A stretch of DNA of 64,000 bases. Source: Escherichia coli. GTDB taxonomy: Bacteria > Pseudomonadota > Gammaproteobacteria > Enterobacterales > Enterobacteriaceae. A program made the translations under genes and the position numbers. This document shows positions 35,282 to 42,827 of this stretch, piece after piece. Within the stretch, counting starts at the first letter, position 1. Each line of letters begins with the position of its first letter. Below the pieces are notes generated by a model. The model saw only the letters and a list, made by a program, of their open reading frames with translations, was not told the DNA's origin and made no database searches. The DNA lies in the NCBI RefSeq assembly GCF_003991155.1, contig NZ_CP031294.1; one strand, given 5' to 3'.

Positions 35282-36841
35282 ATGACTGTTCGGATTGTAT
35301 CTAACGCAGTAAATGCGCTTATTTCTGGCGCAGATGACAAGGTAAAGCAACTGGTGCAGCAAATGTTGAGCTACGAAGTCGAGACTGGCGACTGGAAGGG
35401 CACAAGCACGATGTTCAACTGGAGTAAAAACTCGTTCCCTGCTGGCTTTGCCAAGCCTGTAGCGGCGAACTTGAACAAGGCGGGCATCAAATGTGTTCAT
35501 ATCCGCAAAGACAAAGCCCCGGCGCTTGGTAAACCAAATCCTGCGGTTAACCCATTCCCATACAATCCTGATTATGCGTATCAGGATCAGACTGTGGAAA
35601 CACTGGTTCGAGAGGGAATGATGATTGCGCAGATCGCTACTGGTGGCGGGAAATCTAACGTTGCCTGCAAAGCAGCTGCACGTATCGGTCGAATGACATT
35701 ATTTTTAACAACCCGCTCTGTTCTGATGTTTCAAATGGCCGAAAACTTCCAGAGATCCATCGACTACCGCGCCGAAAATGGCGAACCGTGGTTAAAAGAC
35801 CAAAAGGTTGGAGTCATTGGCTCGGGTGAGTTCCAGGTATCACGACATATCAACGTCGCTACAGTTCAAACTCTTGCAAGTTTCCTCGAAGAACCACCAC
35901 GCGATGCAACACCAGATAAGAAAAGCTACCACCTCAAACGTCGGGAGTTGGTGAAACGCTTCCTTTCAAGTGTCTCTCTTCTTATTCTGGAAGAGGCGCA
36001 TGAGTCTTCAGGCTCAAATTTCTATGACATCGCCAGATTATGTGTGAACGCAGACTATCGTCTGGCGCTTACAGCCACGCCGTTCATGAAGGATTCGACG
36101 GAAGCCAACATGCGCCTGATGGCGGTGGCCGGGCGAATTGAAATTAAAGTCACAGAAAAGTACCTGATTGATCGAGGCATTCTGGCAAAGCCGTACTTCC
36201 TTTATCATAAAGTTGCCTACAAGCCAGACGAGGCCAGAATCAAGGCCGAACTTGCCAACAAACACCTCAATTTTAGAGTTGGTATGAGCACCGCCTACCA
36301 AAAGGCTTATCAGTTGGGGATCGTGTATAATTTGGGACGTAACGAGGCCATAGTGCGCGAGGCATTGCTTTATAAGCAACATTCACTCAACTGCATGACT
36401 CTGGTTCGTCTTAAACGCCACGGGCAAATCCTGATGGAGATGATGAAGGAGTCAGGTCTTAAAGTTGATTTCATCTATGGGGAATCTAACCAGACGACAA
36501 GGCAAGCAAAGCTGAATAGTTTAGCGTCTGGTGAAATAGATGTTTTAATAGGCTCGACTATTCTGGATGTTGGTGTTGATGTGCCAAGCGTTGGTGCGGT
36601 CATTCTTGCTGGTGGTGGGAAAGCAGAAGTTGAAATGAGACAGCGTGTCGGTCGTGGCTTACGAGCCAAAAAAAATCAGGCAAACGTGTGTTTTATCACC
36701 GATTTCATTGACATTAGCAACAAATACCTGTTGTCTCACTCTTATGAGCGAAAACACATCATCGACACCACACCTGGCTTTGCAGAAGGTGTATTGCCTA
36801 TTGATGGAGCATTCGATTTTGGAGTTCTGAAACGAGATTAG
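35282..36841 (+). CDS. SF2 DEAD/DEAH-like helicase (type III restriction Res-like fold)
   Basis: 519 aa. Motif I ATGGGKSNV, motif II LILEEAHES, motif VI QRVGRGLR. Confidence 0.85.
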   Translation: MTVRIVSNAVNALISGADDKVKQLVQQMLSYEVETGDWKGTSTMFNWSKNSFPAGFAKPVAANLNKAGIKCVHIRKDKAPALGKPNPAVNPFPYNPDYAYQDQTVETLVREGMMIAQIATGGGKSNVACKAAARIGRMTLFLTTRSVLMFQMAENFQRSIDYRAENGEPWLKDQKVGVIGSGEFQVSRHINVATVQTLASFLEEPPRDATPDKKSYHLKRRELVKRFLSSVSLLILEEAHESSGSNFYDIARLCVNADYRLALTATPFMKDSTEANMRLMAVAGRIEIKVTEKYLIDRGILAKPYFLYHKVAYKPDEARIKAELANKHLNFRVGMSTAYQKAYQLGIVYNLGRNEAIVREALLYKQHSLNCMTLVRLKRHGQILMEMMKESGLKVDFIYGESNQTTRQAKLNSLASGEIDVLIGSTILDVGVDVPSVGAVILAGGGKAEVEMRQRVGRGLRAKKNQANVCFITDFIDISNKYLLSHSYERKHIIDTTPGFAEGVLPIDGAFDFGVLKRD

Positions 36842-36843
36842 TT

Positions 36844-37122
36844 ATGAGTGAAAAGAAAACAACTTACTGTCAGGTAGCATTGTCTGATAAGGCCAATGAC
36901 AAACTTGGAAAGTTTCAAGTGAAACTAAAAGAAAAAAATATCAAAATGTCTAAGGCTGAAGTCATAAATACCATTCTGGAACAATTGACAATGGCCGACT
37001 TTGACAAGGTTATATCTTCTGTCGGGGCTTCCGCTAAGACTCGTGAGAAAATCATGCGTATCTATGAGAACTCTAATATGACAAAGGAAGATCTCAAAAC
37101 GCTATTAAGCAGATTAAAATAA
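36844..37122 (+). CDS. small RHH-like protein
   Basis: 92 aa. The pattern TYCQVALSDKANDKLGKFQVKLKEKNIKMSKAEVINTILEQL fits strand-helix-helix. Confidence 0.45.
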   Translation: MSEKKTTYCQVALSDKANDKLGKFQVKLKEKNIKMSKAEVINTILEQLTMADFDKVISSVGASAKTREKIMRIYENSNMTKEDLKTLLSRLK

Positions 37123-37148
37123 TCACGCTATCAATTAGGGAGACAAAG

Positions 37149-37613
37149 ATGAAGTCTCCCATACTGTTCACTTTCTGTTCTAAAACTATCATGAAATACT
37201 CGCTTCTCCCTCTACTAACGTTACCAGTGTTGATGCTTGCCGCGTGCCAATCACACCCAATATCAATCCATGACGCCAAACCAGCACCGCAGGCCAAAGT
37301 GTTCAAGTATCAAAGCGCAGCGCCAGCTACGTTGGTGGTAATGAGAGACACAGGTTTTGTAGGAGCTGGATGTGATGCTTCCATTTTCATCAACGGCGAA
37401 ACTGTCGCAAAACTGGCTACAGGCGAAAAAGCGACTTTCCATTTAAATGCCGGAGAATTAATTGTGGGTGCATCTCTTGAAGGTGCAGGTTTATGTGCTC
37501 TAAACCCCGCTCGTCAAGAGCGAGAAACGACTCTGAAGAATGGAGACACAAAAGCGTTCAGGGTGTTTACCAGCAATTCTGGTGACATCGACATTCTGCC
37601 AACAACTCTGTGA
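37149..37613 (+). CDS. lipoprotein (possible surface/exclusion function)
   Basis: Signal with lipobox LMLAA|C (..LLPLLTLPVLMLAAC). RBS GGGAGA 5 nt upstream. An alternative start lies at 37191. Confidence 0.65.
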   Translation: MKSPILFTFCSKTIMKYSLLPLLTLPVLMLAACQSHPISIHDAKPAPQAKVFKYQSAAPATLVVMRDTGFVGAGCDASIFINGETVAKLATGEKATFHLNAGELIVGASLEGAGLCALNPARQERETTLKNGDTKAFRVFTSNSGDIDILPTTL

Positions 37614-37617
37614 TGAC

Positions 37618-38142
37618 ATGACAACCAAAGATATTACCTACGGTATCCAAGCTGAACTCTGGCCGCGAGATTACACTAACGTTGAAAAACTACTGATGTT
37701 CTGGCGCAGAGAACAAATTCCTGTAAGGGTCACTCTCGAAGATGGCCAGGCGTTTTGCATGTACGTTTATGGCCTCATGCCATCTCGTAACAAAGTTGAC
37801 CTTTGCCCAGCCCCTTTTGACAAAGAAAATCGTATAAGGCTCCCACTTGAACGCATTAGTACAATTGAATCAGGTGTGGTTGACAGTATCGCTCACGATT
37901 TCAAAGGTCGACTAACAGTTCACCCTGATTATGTCGATAATCGGCCATCACGCCGCGATTTTTTTGCAATTTGCAACCAAGCCTACAAAGCAAACAAATC
38001 TATAAGGGTGTACATGGCGGATGGCCGTGAAATTGAGGGGGTGTCAGCAGGCGCAGATGCTTGTCAGGTTACACTACGTGTCGAGAACGGTAGAAAAATA
38101 GTTGTTTTGTTCGATTGGGTTGAACGAATTTTGCCTTTTTGA
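37618..38142 (+). CDS. hypothetical protein with two Rof-like/Sm-like repeats (tentative)
   Basis: Start set to ATG 37618, 4 nt after the upstream stop. Two segments fit the pattern (I/V)xVxxxDGxxxxGxxxxxxxxxxVxLxxxxxxxxxxLxxIxxI. The Rof assignment comes from memory and is weak. Confidence 0.4.
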   Translation: MTTKDITYGIQAELWPRDYTNVEKLLMFWRREQIPVRVTLEDGQAFCMYVYGLMPSRNKVDLCPAPFDKENRIRLPLERISTIESGVVDSIAHDFKGRLTVHPDYVDNRPSRRDFFAICNQAYKANKSIRVYMADGREIEGVSAGADACQVTLRVENGRKIVVLFDWVERILPF

Positions 38143-38145
38143 GTT

Positions 38146-38454
38146 ATGAAATCGATATTGTTACCACCATTATTTTTACTTTGCTCAGTTGCGGCAAATG
38201 CAATGGACTATAAGCCTGTCATTCAGTCGCTGATGAATGACGTGTGCTCAACGTCTCAGAATGTATCAGTTTGCATGTATCAATTTTCGGCAGCCGTAAA
38301 AGCAGGAAAAGCGATAGGCGAGAATGTGGAACTGTGTAAGAAAGTGGCAAATGAAGAACGGGCAATGTTGGATTGCGAATCTAGCGAGTCATCGGCACAG
38401 TTCGTTGATGCGCTATTTGACACCAATCGTAAGGCTGTAGAGTCTGTTCAATAA
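38146..38454 (+). CDS. secreted small protein
   Basis: 102 aa. Sec signal MKSILLPPLFLLCSVAANA|M. Four Cys. Confidence 0.55.
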   Translation: MKSILLPPLFLLCSVAANAMDYKPVIQSLMNDVCSTSQNVSVCMYQFSAAVKAGKAIGENVELCKKVANEERAMLDCESSESSAQFVDALFDTNRKAVESVQ

Positions 38455-38466
38455 ATCTATAAGGTT

Positions 38467-38496
38467 AATAACCGGCTAAGTCCGGTTATTATTTTT
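38467..38496 (+). terminator. rho-independent terminator
   Basis: AATAACCGG-ctaagt-CCGGTTATT followed by ATTTTT. Confidence 0.8.
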
Positions 38497-38645
38497 CACA
38501 TCACTTCTTTATATCTACAAATCAAATAACCTAAATATATATAAGGTCTAAAGCCGCAATCAATTATTTATTTAGGGAACACCTTCGACGATCTCGCTTT
38601 TATTTCTAGGACTTTCATCCCTGCAAAAAATTTAAAAAAAAACAC

Positions 38646-38673
38646 TTGCAATCTTTTTTCGCATATCGATAAT
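38646..38673 (+). promoter_or_regulatory. sigma70-like promoter of the AT-rich three-gene cassette
   Basis: TTGCAA-N16-GATAAT, about 65 nt upstream of ATG 38739. Confidence 0.5.
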
Positions 38674-38738
38674 TGAACTCGTCGAAAGCGAAGACGCTAA
38701 CGACAATAAATTTTAAATTTACATAAGGAAAAATTATC

Positions 38739-39389
38739 ATGGCTAACATTATCATTTCTAAAAAATCCATCATTGAAGCTGCTTCCATTGTATCCGATGA
38801 ACTGCGCGAAAAAGCAGATCTGGCAACTCAAACATATAACGAACATTATAAAAATGGTACGCACACTAAAGCAGACAAAGCAAATATGCAAGCTGCGACC
38901 ACTAAACTTGCTTACTTCATCAACAACGTCGTAAACGCAGTAGAAGACGAAAAATTATGCTCTGTTTTCTACTATGCGATTAAAGCAAGCAAACAAGCGC
39001 CAGAAGTATTTTTCCGTGATGCAATGACTAATAGTTATTCTCTGGAAAAACTGGTTTATCTGGTTAAATCAATTAAATCTGGTAAATGCGTTTATTCCAT
39101 CGCTGATATGTCTGGATCTCGTGTATTCGCTTTAATCGATATGATTAACGACGAGATCGACACGTTCACTAATGGCGCTGTTTTCGATTTAATGAATGAA
39201 GCTAAAAAAGCGTGTGAAATTAAATTGGACGCTGGTTATACTCAAGCCAACCAGTTGATCAATCTTTGCGAACGTCTTGGACTTGTTGAAAAAGTCAAAG
39301 GAGCTGGGAGCGCGAAAGCTGGTACTCAGCAATATCGCTTCATTAAAAATGATTTCTACAATTATTTAGCTGATGCTTTCAAAGCGTAA
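38739..39389 (+). CDS. hypothetical protein (216 aa), possible C-terminal wHTH
   Basis: AT-rich gene with codon usage different from its neighbours. RBS AAGGAAAAA. Confidence 0.6.
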   Translation: MANIIISKKSIIEAASIVSDELREKADLATQTYNEHYKNGTHTKADKANMQAATTKLAYFINNVVNAVEDEKLCSVFYYAIKASKQAPEVFFRDAMTNSYSLEKLVYLVKSIKSGKCVYSIADMSGSRVFALIDMINDEIDTFTNGAVFDLMNEAKKACEIKLDAGYTQANQLINLCERLGLVEKVKGAGSAKAGTQQYRFIKNDFYNYLADAFKA

Positions 39390-39401
39390 TTAATGGAATC
39401 A

Positions 39402-39420
39402 AGCGCCCACTATGGGCGCT
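39402..39420 (+). terminator. hairpin AGCGCCC-actat-GGGCGCT (copy 1, weak U-tract)
   Basis: Identical hairpin sequence to 39898-39916. It sits between genes 1 and 2 of the cassette and may act as an attenuator. Confidence 0.4.
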
Positions 39421-39437
39421 TTAAAGGAGCTTTGAAA

Positions 39438-39641
39438 ATGGTCAGCTATGACAAGATCCGCGCGGAATATCGCGCAAAGTATCGCGCTTATAAACTAGAA
39501 TTAATCGATGATTTAATCGCGCAACGCGACCAATTAAATTTTACGTTTTCTGATTTGCTTAACAGCAAGCGAGATTGCAAGCGCAAACGTGAATACTTAC
39601 GTTTAAGCGCATTAATCGGAAAACTTCAAAATTCTATTTAA
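39438..39641 (+). CDS. hypothetical small protein (67 aa)
   Basis: Start set to ATG 39438 (AAAGGAGC 9 nt upstream). Basic helical protein. Confidence 0.5.
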   Translation: MVSYDKIRAEYRAKYRAYKLELIDDLIAQRDQLNFTFSDLLNSKRDCKRKREYLRLSALIGKLQNSI

Positions 39642-39661
39642 TTTTTTTAAGGAGCTTAATC

Positions 39662-39892
39662 ATGTTTGTTCTTATCGCTGGCGTTAACGTCCATAACGAA
39701 TATTATGTTAATCGCATCGCTGGGATCGCTGGTTACGCTGGGCGCGCAGTCGAGTTTATCGATGAAACAACGCGTAAAATTGATTTATTGAGCGACCAGG
39801 AGCGAAAAAAAGCAGACGTGAACGACGCTGATATATTTTTAATGTTAAAAGCGTTTGTAGAAATGGGATTTAAAATCAGTTTACACAAATAA
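39662..39892 (+). CDS. hypothetical small protein (76 aa)
   Basis: RBS TAAGGAGC has the same context as the previous gene. Confidence 0.5.
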   Translation: MFVLIAGVNVHNEYYVNRIAGIAGYAGRAVEFIDETTRKIDLLSDQERKKADVNDADIFLMLKAFVEMGFKISLHK

Positions 39893-39897
39893 AATCG

Positions 39898-39922
39898 AGC
39901 GCCCACTATGGGCGCTTTTTTC
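39898..39922 (+). terminator. rho-independent terminator
   Basis: AGCGCCC-actat-GGGCGCT followed by TTTTTT. Confidence 0.8.
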
Positions 39923-39940
39923 GTTTCCAATACTTCCACA

Positions 39941-40087
39941 ATAACGCGCCATTGATGGCGCGTTTTTTATTGTCTTTAACTCACTCCAACAACATAAAAA
40001 TAAGCGCCAAAATAACGCCATAAACGCGCTTTTATATCCTTACCAGTACATACCCATTACTTAACACATTAACGCGCTTAAAACGCG
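39941..40087. repeat. cluster of ATAA(N)CGC(G/C) repeats, including three tandem 11-mers
   Basis: aaATAAGCGCC/aaaATAACGCC/ATAAACGCGC at 39998-40029. Further copies at 39941, 40068 and 40078. Confidence 0.6.
39943..39969 (+). terminator. second tandem terminator
   Basis: AACGCGCCA-ttga-TGGCGCGTT followed by TTTTAT. Confidence 0.7.
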
Positions 40088-40210
40088 TTATATTGCGCTA
40101 TAGCGTATGGTTAATCATTGGCTTTTAGTCTTGCTATGTGATCCGCGTTTATTTGTCGGCGCGGATCGGCATTTTGTTTTGTTCCGTATCCGCTCGCGTA
40201 TTATGTGCGC

Positions 40211-40256
40211 GTGATTTTTCACATAATCACACCACTTAATCACGTATGTGATTATG
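40211..40256. repeat. operator-like set of four GTGATT/AATCAC hexamers
   Basis: GTGATT(40211) AATCAC(40225) AATCAC(40238) GTGATT(40248). The outer 9-bp inverted repeat is CATAATCAC/GTGATTATG. A GATC-bearing inverted repeat GATCCGCG-n12-CGCGGATC lies nearby at 40140-40167. Confidence 0.55.
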
Positions 40257-40380
40257 CTACGAAAGAAATCTGGATGTCTCAGGCGACGAAAGTCATCATA
40301 ATTTTCCCCGCTCGCCTGTCCGACAACCGCTGGTTGGATTCCACCAGCTTCCCGATGTTTTTTTCTACATAAAGGCGAAT

Positions 40381-40500
40381 GCAGCCGTTTCCCGAAAAAA
40401 TCCTGGCCGTTTCCCGTCGGCTCATGAATACGTTCCTCGCCGTTTCTGAAAATTTCCCTGCGGCAGCTGGTGGCTATAGAGAAAGGGCCGTTTCTGGCCC
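40381..40500 (+). repeat. iteron-like array A (core GTTTCCC / CCGTTTC)
   Basis: aGCCGTTTCCCGaaaa, gGCCGTTTCCCGtcgg, aCGTTCCTCG, CCGTTTCTGaaaa, TTTCCCTGcgg and gGCCGTTTCTGG. The first copies are spaced 22 bp apart. Confidence 0.6.
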
Positions 40501-40509
40501 TCTTCTCAG

Positions 40510-40992
40510 TTACACGCCATCAAGGATGTGGATGCGGTTGCTTGCGTATACATTCAGCATAAAGTTAGCGCAAAACAGTTTCCATGTATCAACGCCAGCG
40601 GTATACGTAATGTTTTTGCATTTAATCGCATTGTTGGCGATCCGCATCCCCTGCGATACTGCTTCATCGTCGGAAAATTTGAACGACGATTGAGTTTTAA
40701 TCCAGACAGAAATCTGCGTAGCGAACTCAATCAGCTTGGACTGGCAGAATCGCCCGGAGCGCACCGGAAAGACGAACGTTCCGAATCCAGAATTTACCAC
40801 ATATGCTTTCTCAAATACCCGCGAGTAACGACGATTGCCAATGATGTCGCGTGCAATAATGCATTTTTCTTGTGCTGACAGTTCTACCGTCTCATTGTCG
40901 CGCCATGCACCAAGTACTCGTTTTTCAATGTCAGAGAACGTTACAGCGATATTGCCATGTGCGGGTGCGTTTACAGTAGCGATAAAATTCAT
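40510..40992 (-). CDS. hypothetical protein (160 aa)
   Basis: ORF preceded by an E-type module and RBS AAGGAA. Flanked by iteron arrays. Confidence 0.6.
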   Translation of the reverse strand: MNFIATVNAPAHGNIAVTFSDIEKRVLGAWRDNETVELSAQEKCIIARDIIGNRRYSRVFEKAYVVNSGFGTFVFPVRSGRFCQSKLIEFATQISVWIKTQSSFKFSDDEAVSQGMRIANNAIKCKNITYTAGVDTWKLFCANFMLNVYASNRIHILDGV

Positions 40993-41010
40993 GATTAATT
41001 CCTTATCGTA

Positions 41011-41046
41011 AATAACAAATTGTTTTCTTGTTGGTGTTAATTATCG
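41011..41046 (-). promoter_or_regulatory. E-type promoter/leader module
   Basis: The gene strand reads CGATAATTAACACCAACAAGAAAACAATTTGTTATT...AAGGAATTAATC-ATG. Confidence 0.55.
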
Positions 41047-41077
41047 TTGTACGAATAAGGCGTCAAAGTGGAAAGTT

Positions 41078-41160
41078 GCGGTAGCCGGACGGGAACAGGT
41101 GGGTTTGTCGGTTGCCTGGAGGTAAGAGGTTGGTGTTTTTAGCCTGCGGGAAACAGGATG
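41078..41160. repeat. about 70-nt module (copy A of a duplicated segment) with two inverted GTT(T)CCCG cores
   Basis: gCGGTAGCCggaCGGGAACAGGTGGGTttgTCGGTtGCCTGgaggtaAGAGGTTGGTgTTTTT aligns at about 75% by eye with 44712-44790. CGGGAACAGG and CGGGAAACAGG are reverse complements of the iteron core. Confidence 0.55.
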
Positions 41161-41167
41161 GTCATTT

Positions 41168-41191
41168 AAGGCCACCAGCATTGGTGGCCTT
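41168..41191 (-). terminator. 10-bp-stem hairpin containing a Chi octamer
   Basis: AAGGCCACCA-gcat-TGGTGGCCTT lies just downstream of the stop at 41197. It contains CCACCAGC. Confidence 0.55.
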
Positions 41192-41196
41192 AATCT

Positions 41197-41478
41197 TTAG
41201 TGGAGCAGACCGATGTCGATGGTATCCCCTGAATCATCCACACGGATCATCAGCATGGCAAAGGCGTTTAGTGGATAGCTTGCGTGCCATTCAGGGAAGC
41301 GGTCATCTCGCATGAAGTCGGCAATGTCGTAAACGCATCCCTCAAAGTGGAAGAATCGCGTGCTTACCTGCTCGTCATAATCCACATGATCCATTTCTTG
41401 CTGTTCTGTTTCCGGCAAGTCCAGCCATGATTCAAGAAATACATTTTGTGCTTTAGGGGTAATGGTGAAATCAGTCAT
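41197..41478 (-). CDS. hypothetical acidic protein (93 aa)
   Basis: Trimmed to ATG 41478 (GAGGA 8 nt upstream), because the E-type module lies inside the longer ORF-track call. Confidence 0.6.
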   Translation of the reverse strand: MTDFTITPKAQNVFLESWLDLPETEQQEMDHVDYDEQVSTRFFHFEGCVYDIADFMRDDRFPEWHASYPLNAFAMLMIRVDDSGDTIDIGLLH

Positions 41479-41497
41479 GAGCATATCCTCACTGCGT

Positions 41498-41530
41498 AAA
41501 CATGTTGTTTTCTTGTTGGTGTAATTATCG
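41498..41530 (-). promoter_or_regulatory. E-type promoter/leader module
   Basis: The gene strand reads cTGCGATAATTACACCAACAAGAAAACAACATGTTTAC (extended -10 TGcGATAAT). Confidence 0.55.
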
Positions 41531-41638
41531 CAGTGTAGATAAGGCATAAAAGAAGTTAATACAGGCTGAATACACAAGAAAGGTTCTGGAAGTTGATAGC
41601 CAGGTTTCAAACTAACCTTCGGTTATTAAAAGTCATTT

Positions 41639-41662
41639 AAGACCACCAATGCTGGTGGCCTT
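41639..41662 (-). terminator. hairpin, sequence-related to 41168-41191, containing a Chi octamer
   Basis: AAGACCACCA-atgc-TGGTGGCCTT. It contains GCTGGTGG. Confidence 0.5.
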
Positions 41663-41667
41663 AATAA

Positions 41668-41811
41668 TTATCGCCCGATTACGCTAAGGATCTTTTCCTC
41701 AACTGATTTGTTGTTGCGACTAAACTGCCTTGCGTATCTGATGACAGAAGAGGCGTTTTGCTTTCTGACCATCTCGGCTCTTTCCTTCAGGCGTTTCTTG
41801 AAATCGCCCAT
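41668..41811 (-). CDS. small basic ORF (47 aa), below the ORF-track cutoff
   Basis: MGDFKKRLKERAEMVRKQNASSVIRYARQFSRNNKSVEEKILSVIGR. The ATG lies 2 nt after the stop of 41814..42188, so the two are coupled. Confidence 0.35.
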   Translation of the reverse strand: MGDFKKRLKERAEMVRKQNASSVIRYARQFSRNNKSVEEKILSVIGR

Positions 41812-41813
41812 AT

Positions 41814-42188
41814 TTACCACCAGGCGCAGAAGGTCAGTCTGTTATTGTGAAAGTCGTGGTTCTTAATCAGATCTTCCACAAGCTCTTTCAACTCCCCCAC
41901 ATCATGCCAGTAACCTTCATCGTACTCCTGACTGCCGAAGAAAAAACCTTCCCGGGTAGGCAAGTACTCTTCGCAATTACTTTCGTTTATGTGCATCAAA
42001 TGAGCCTTCAGAAAACAAATGTCATTCATCGTTAATTCTAAAAGCTCACAATTTTCGACTTCACCTACGTTGCGCTCCATCCACCCAACGAGCGCATTGA
42101 ACTTACGGAAGTAAGCAACCTGCTTTCTGGATGCCTCGTTATTCAGATCGTTTTTAGGCTGTGTCTCGATATAGATATCAAGTCCCAT
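41814..42188 (-). CDS. hypothetical protein (124 aa)
   Basis: Trimmed to ATG 42188 (AAGGAAACC upstream): MGLDIYIETQPK... Confidence 0.55.
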   Translation of the reverse strand: MGLDIYIETQPKNDLNNEASRKQVAYFRKFNALVGWMERNVGEVENCELLELTMNDICFLKAHLMHINESNCEEYLPTREGFFFGSQEYDEGYWHDVGELKELVEDLIKNHDFHNNRLTFCAWW

Positions 42189-42244
42189 GATGGTTTCCTT
42201 ATTAAGTTGCTTCAGTGAAATCATTTTCACAAATCAGATAAGGC

Positions 42245-42261
42245 AGAAAACAAATTGTTAT
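42245..42261. promoter_or_regulatory. E-type palindrome core (opposite orientation)
   Basis: AGAAAACAAATTGTTAT on the plus strand. The flank AAGGCAGAAAAC resembles 46311-46335. Confidence 0.4.
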
Positions 42262-42305
42262 CGGGCATAAGAAAATGGCGCGGTTTACGCGCCATTCAAA
42301 GAGGA

Positions 42306-42701
42306 TTAAGCGAATACGCTTTCAGGGATTAAGGTGTCAGCAGGAATGCCGGAGGTAATGCGCAGGCCGTACTGACCAATCCAGGTAGTGTTGGTATTCA
42401 GGCTGGAGGCGAATACGGTGTTAACCATATTCATCATGGTTTCAAACACCTCTTCATCAACCTGGCGGAAGTAGTTCTCGATTTTCAGCAGCAGCGGGTC
42501 AGTTGCATCGAAAATAGACTGGTATTGAGTCGCGTACTCGCCGCCGGAGGCATCACCTTTACGCACGATCGTACTGGCCTGGACTTCGGCACCAGTTTCG
42601 GTGTTGTACGTAACAACGGTGATTTTTGCCACATTCTTACCTTCGGCGGTTTCAGAGGCATAGTAAACATCAACTGTCAGTTTTTCGCGTTTAACGGTCA
42701 T
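42306..42701 (-). CDS. hypothetical protein (131 aa), highly expressed look
   Basis: Trimmed to ATG 42701 (GGAGAGTGAA upstream). Preceded by an L-type dyad and an upstream terminator. Confidence 0.6.
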   Translation of the reverse strand: MTVKREKLTVDVYYASETAEGKNVAKITVVTYNTETGAEVQASTIVRKGDASGGEYATQYQSIFDATDPLLLKIENYFRQVDEEVFETMMNMVNTVFASSLNTNTTWIGQYGLRITSGIPADTLIPESVFA

Positions 42702-42744
42702 TTCACTCTCCGTAGTGTTTTGGTTATTTTTATATTCTATGATC

Positions 42745-42760
42745 GTAAGTATGTACTTAC
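42745..42760. promoter_or_regulatory. L-type dyad motif
   Basis: GTAAGTA-tg-TACTTAC. Confidence 0.45.
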
Positions 42761-42763
42761 AAT

Positions 42764-42793
42764 ACAAAAAAGCCCCGTAAGGATGGCGGGGCT
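42764..42793 (-). terminator. rho-independent terminator
   Basis: AGCCCCG-n9-CGGGGCT followed by TTTTTTG on the minus strand. Confidence 0.75.
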
Positions 42794-42827
42794 GTCGTAC
42801 TGTCGACTAATTACCACTTGCACATTA

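Noticed and set aside
35225-35500. Minus-strand 91-aa ORF overlapping the helicase start
   Set aside because: It is antisense to the helicase N-terminus and spans the divergent promoter region, with no RBS.
40379-40878. Plus-strand ORFs 40379..40693 and 40528..40878
   Set aside because: The first is made mostly of the iteron array, and both are antisense to the better-supported 40510..40992 gene. Neither has an RBS.
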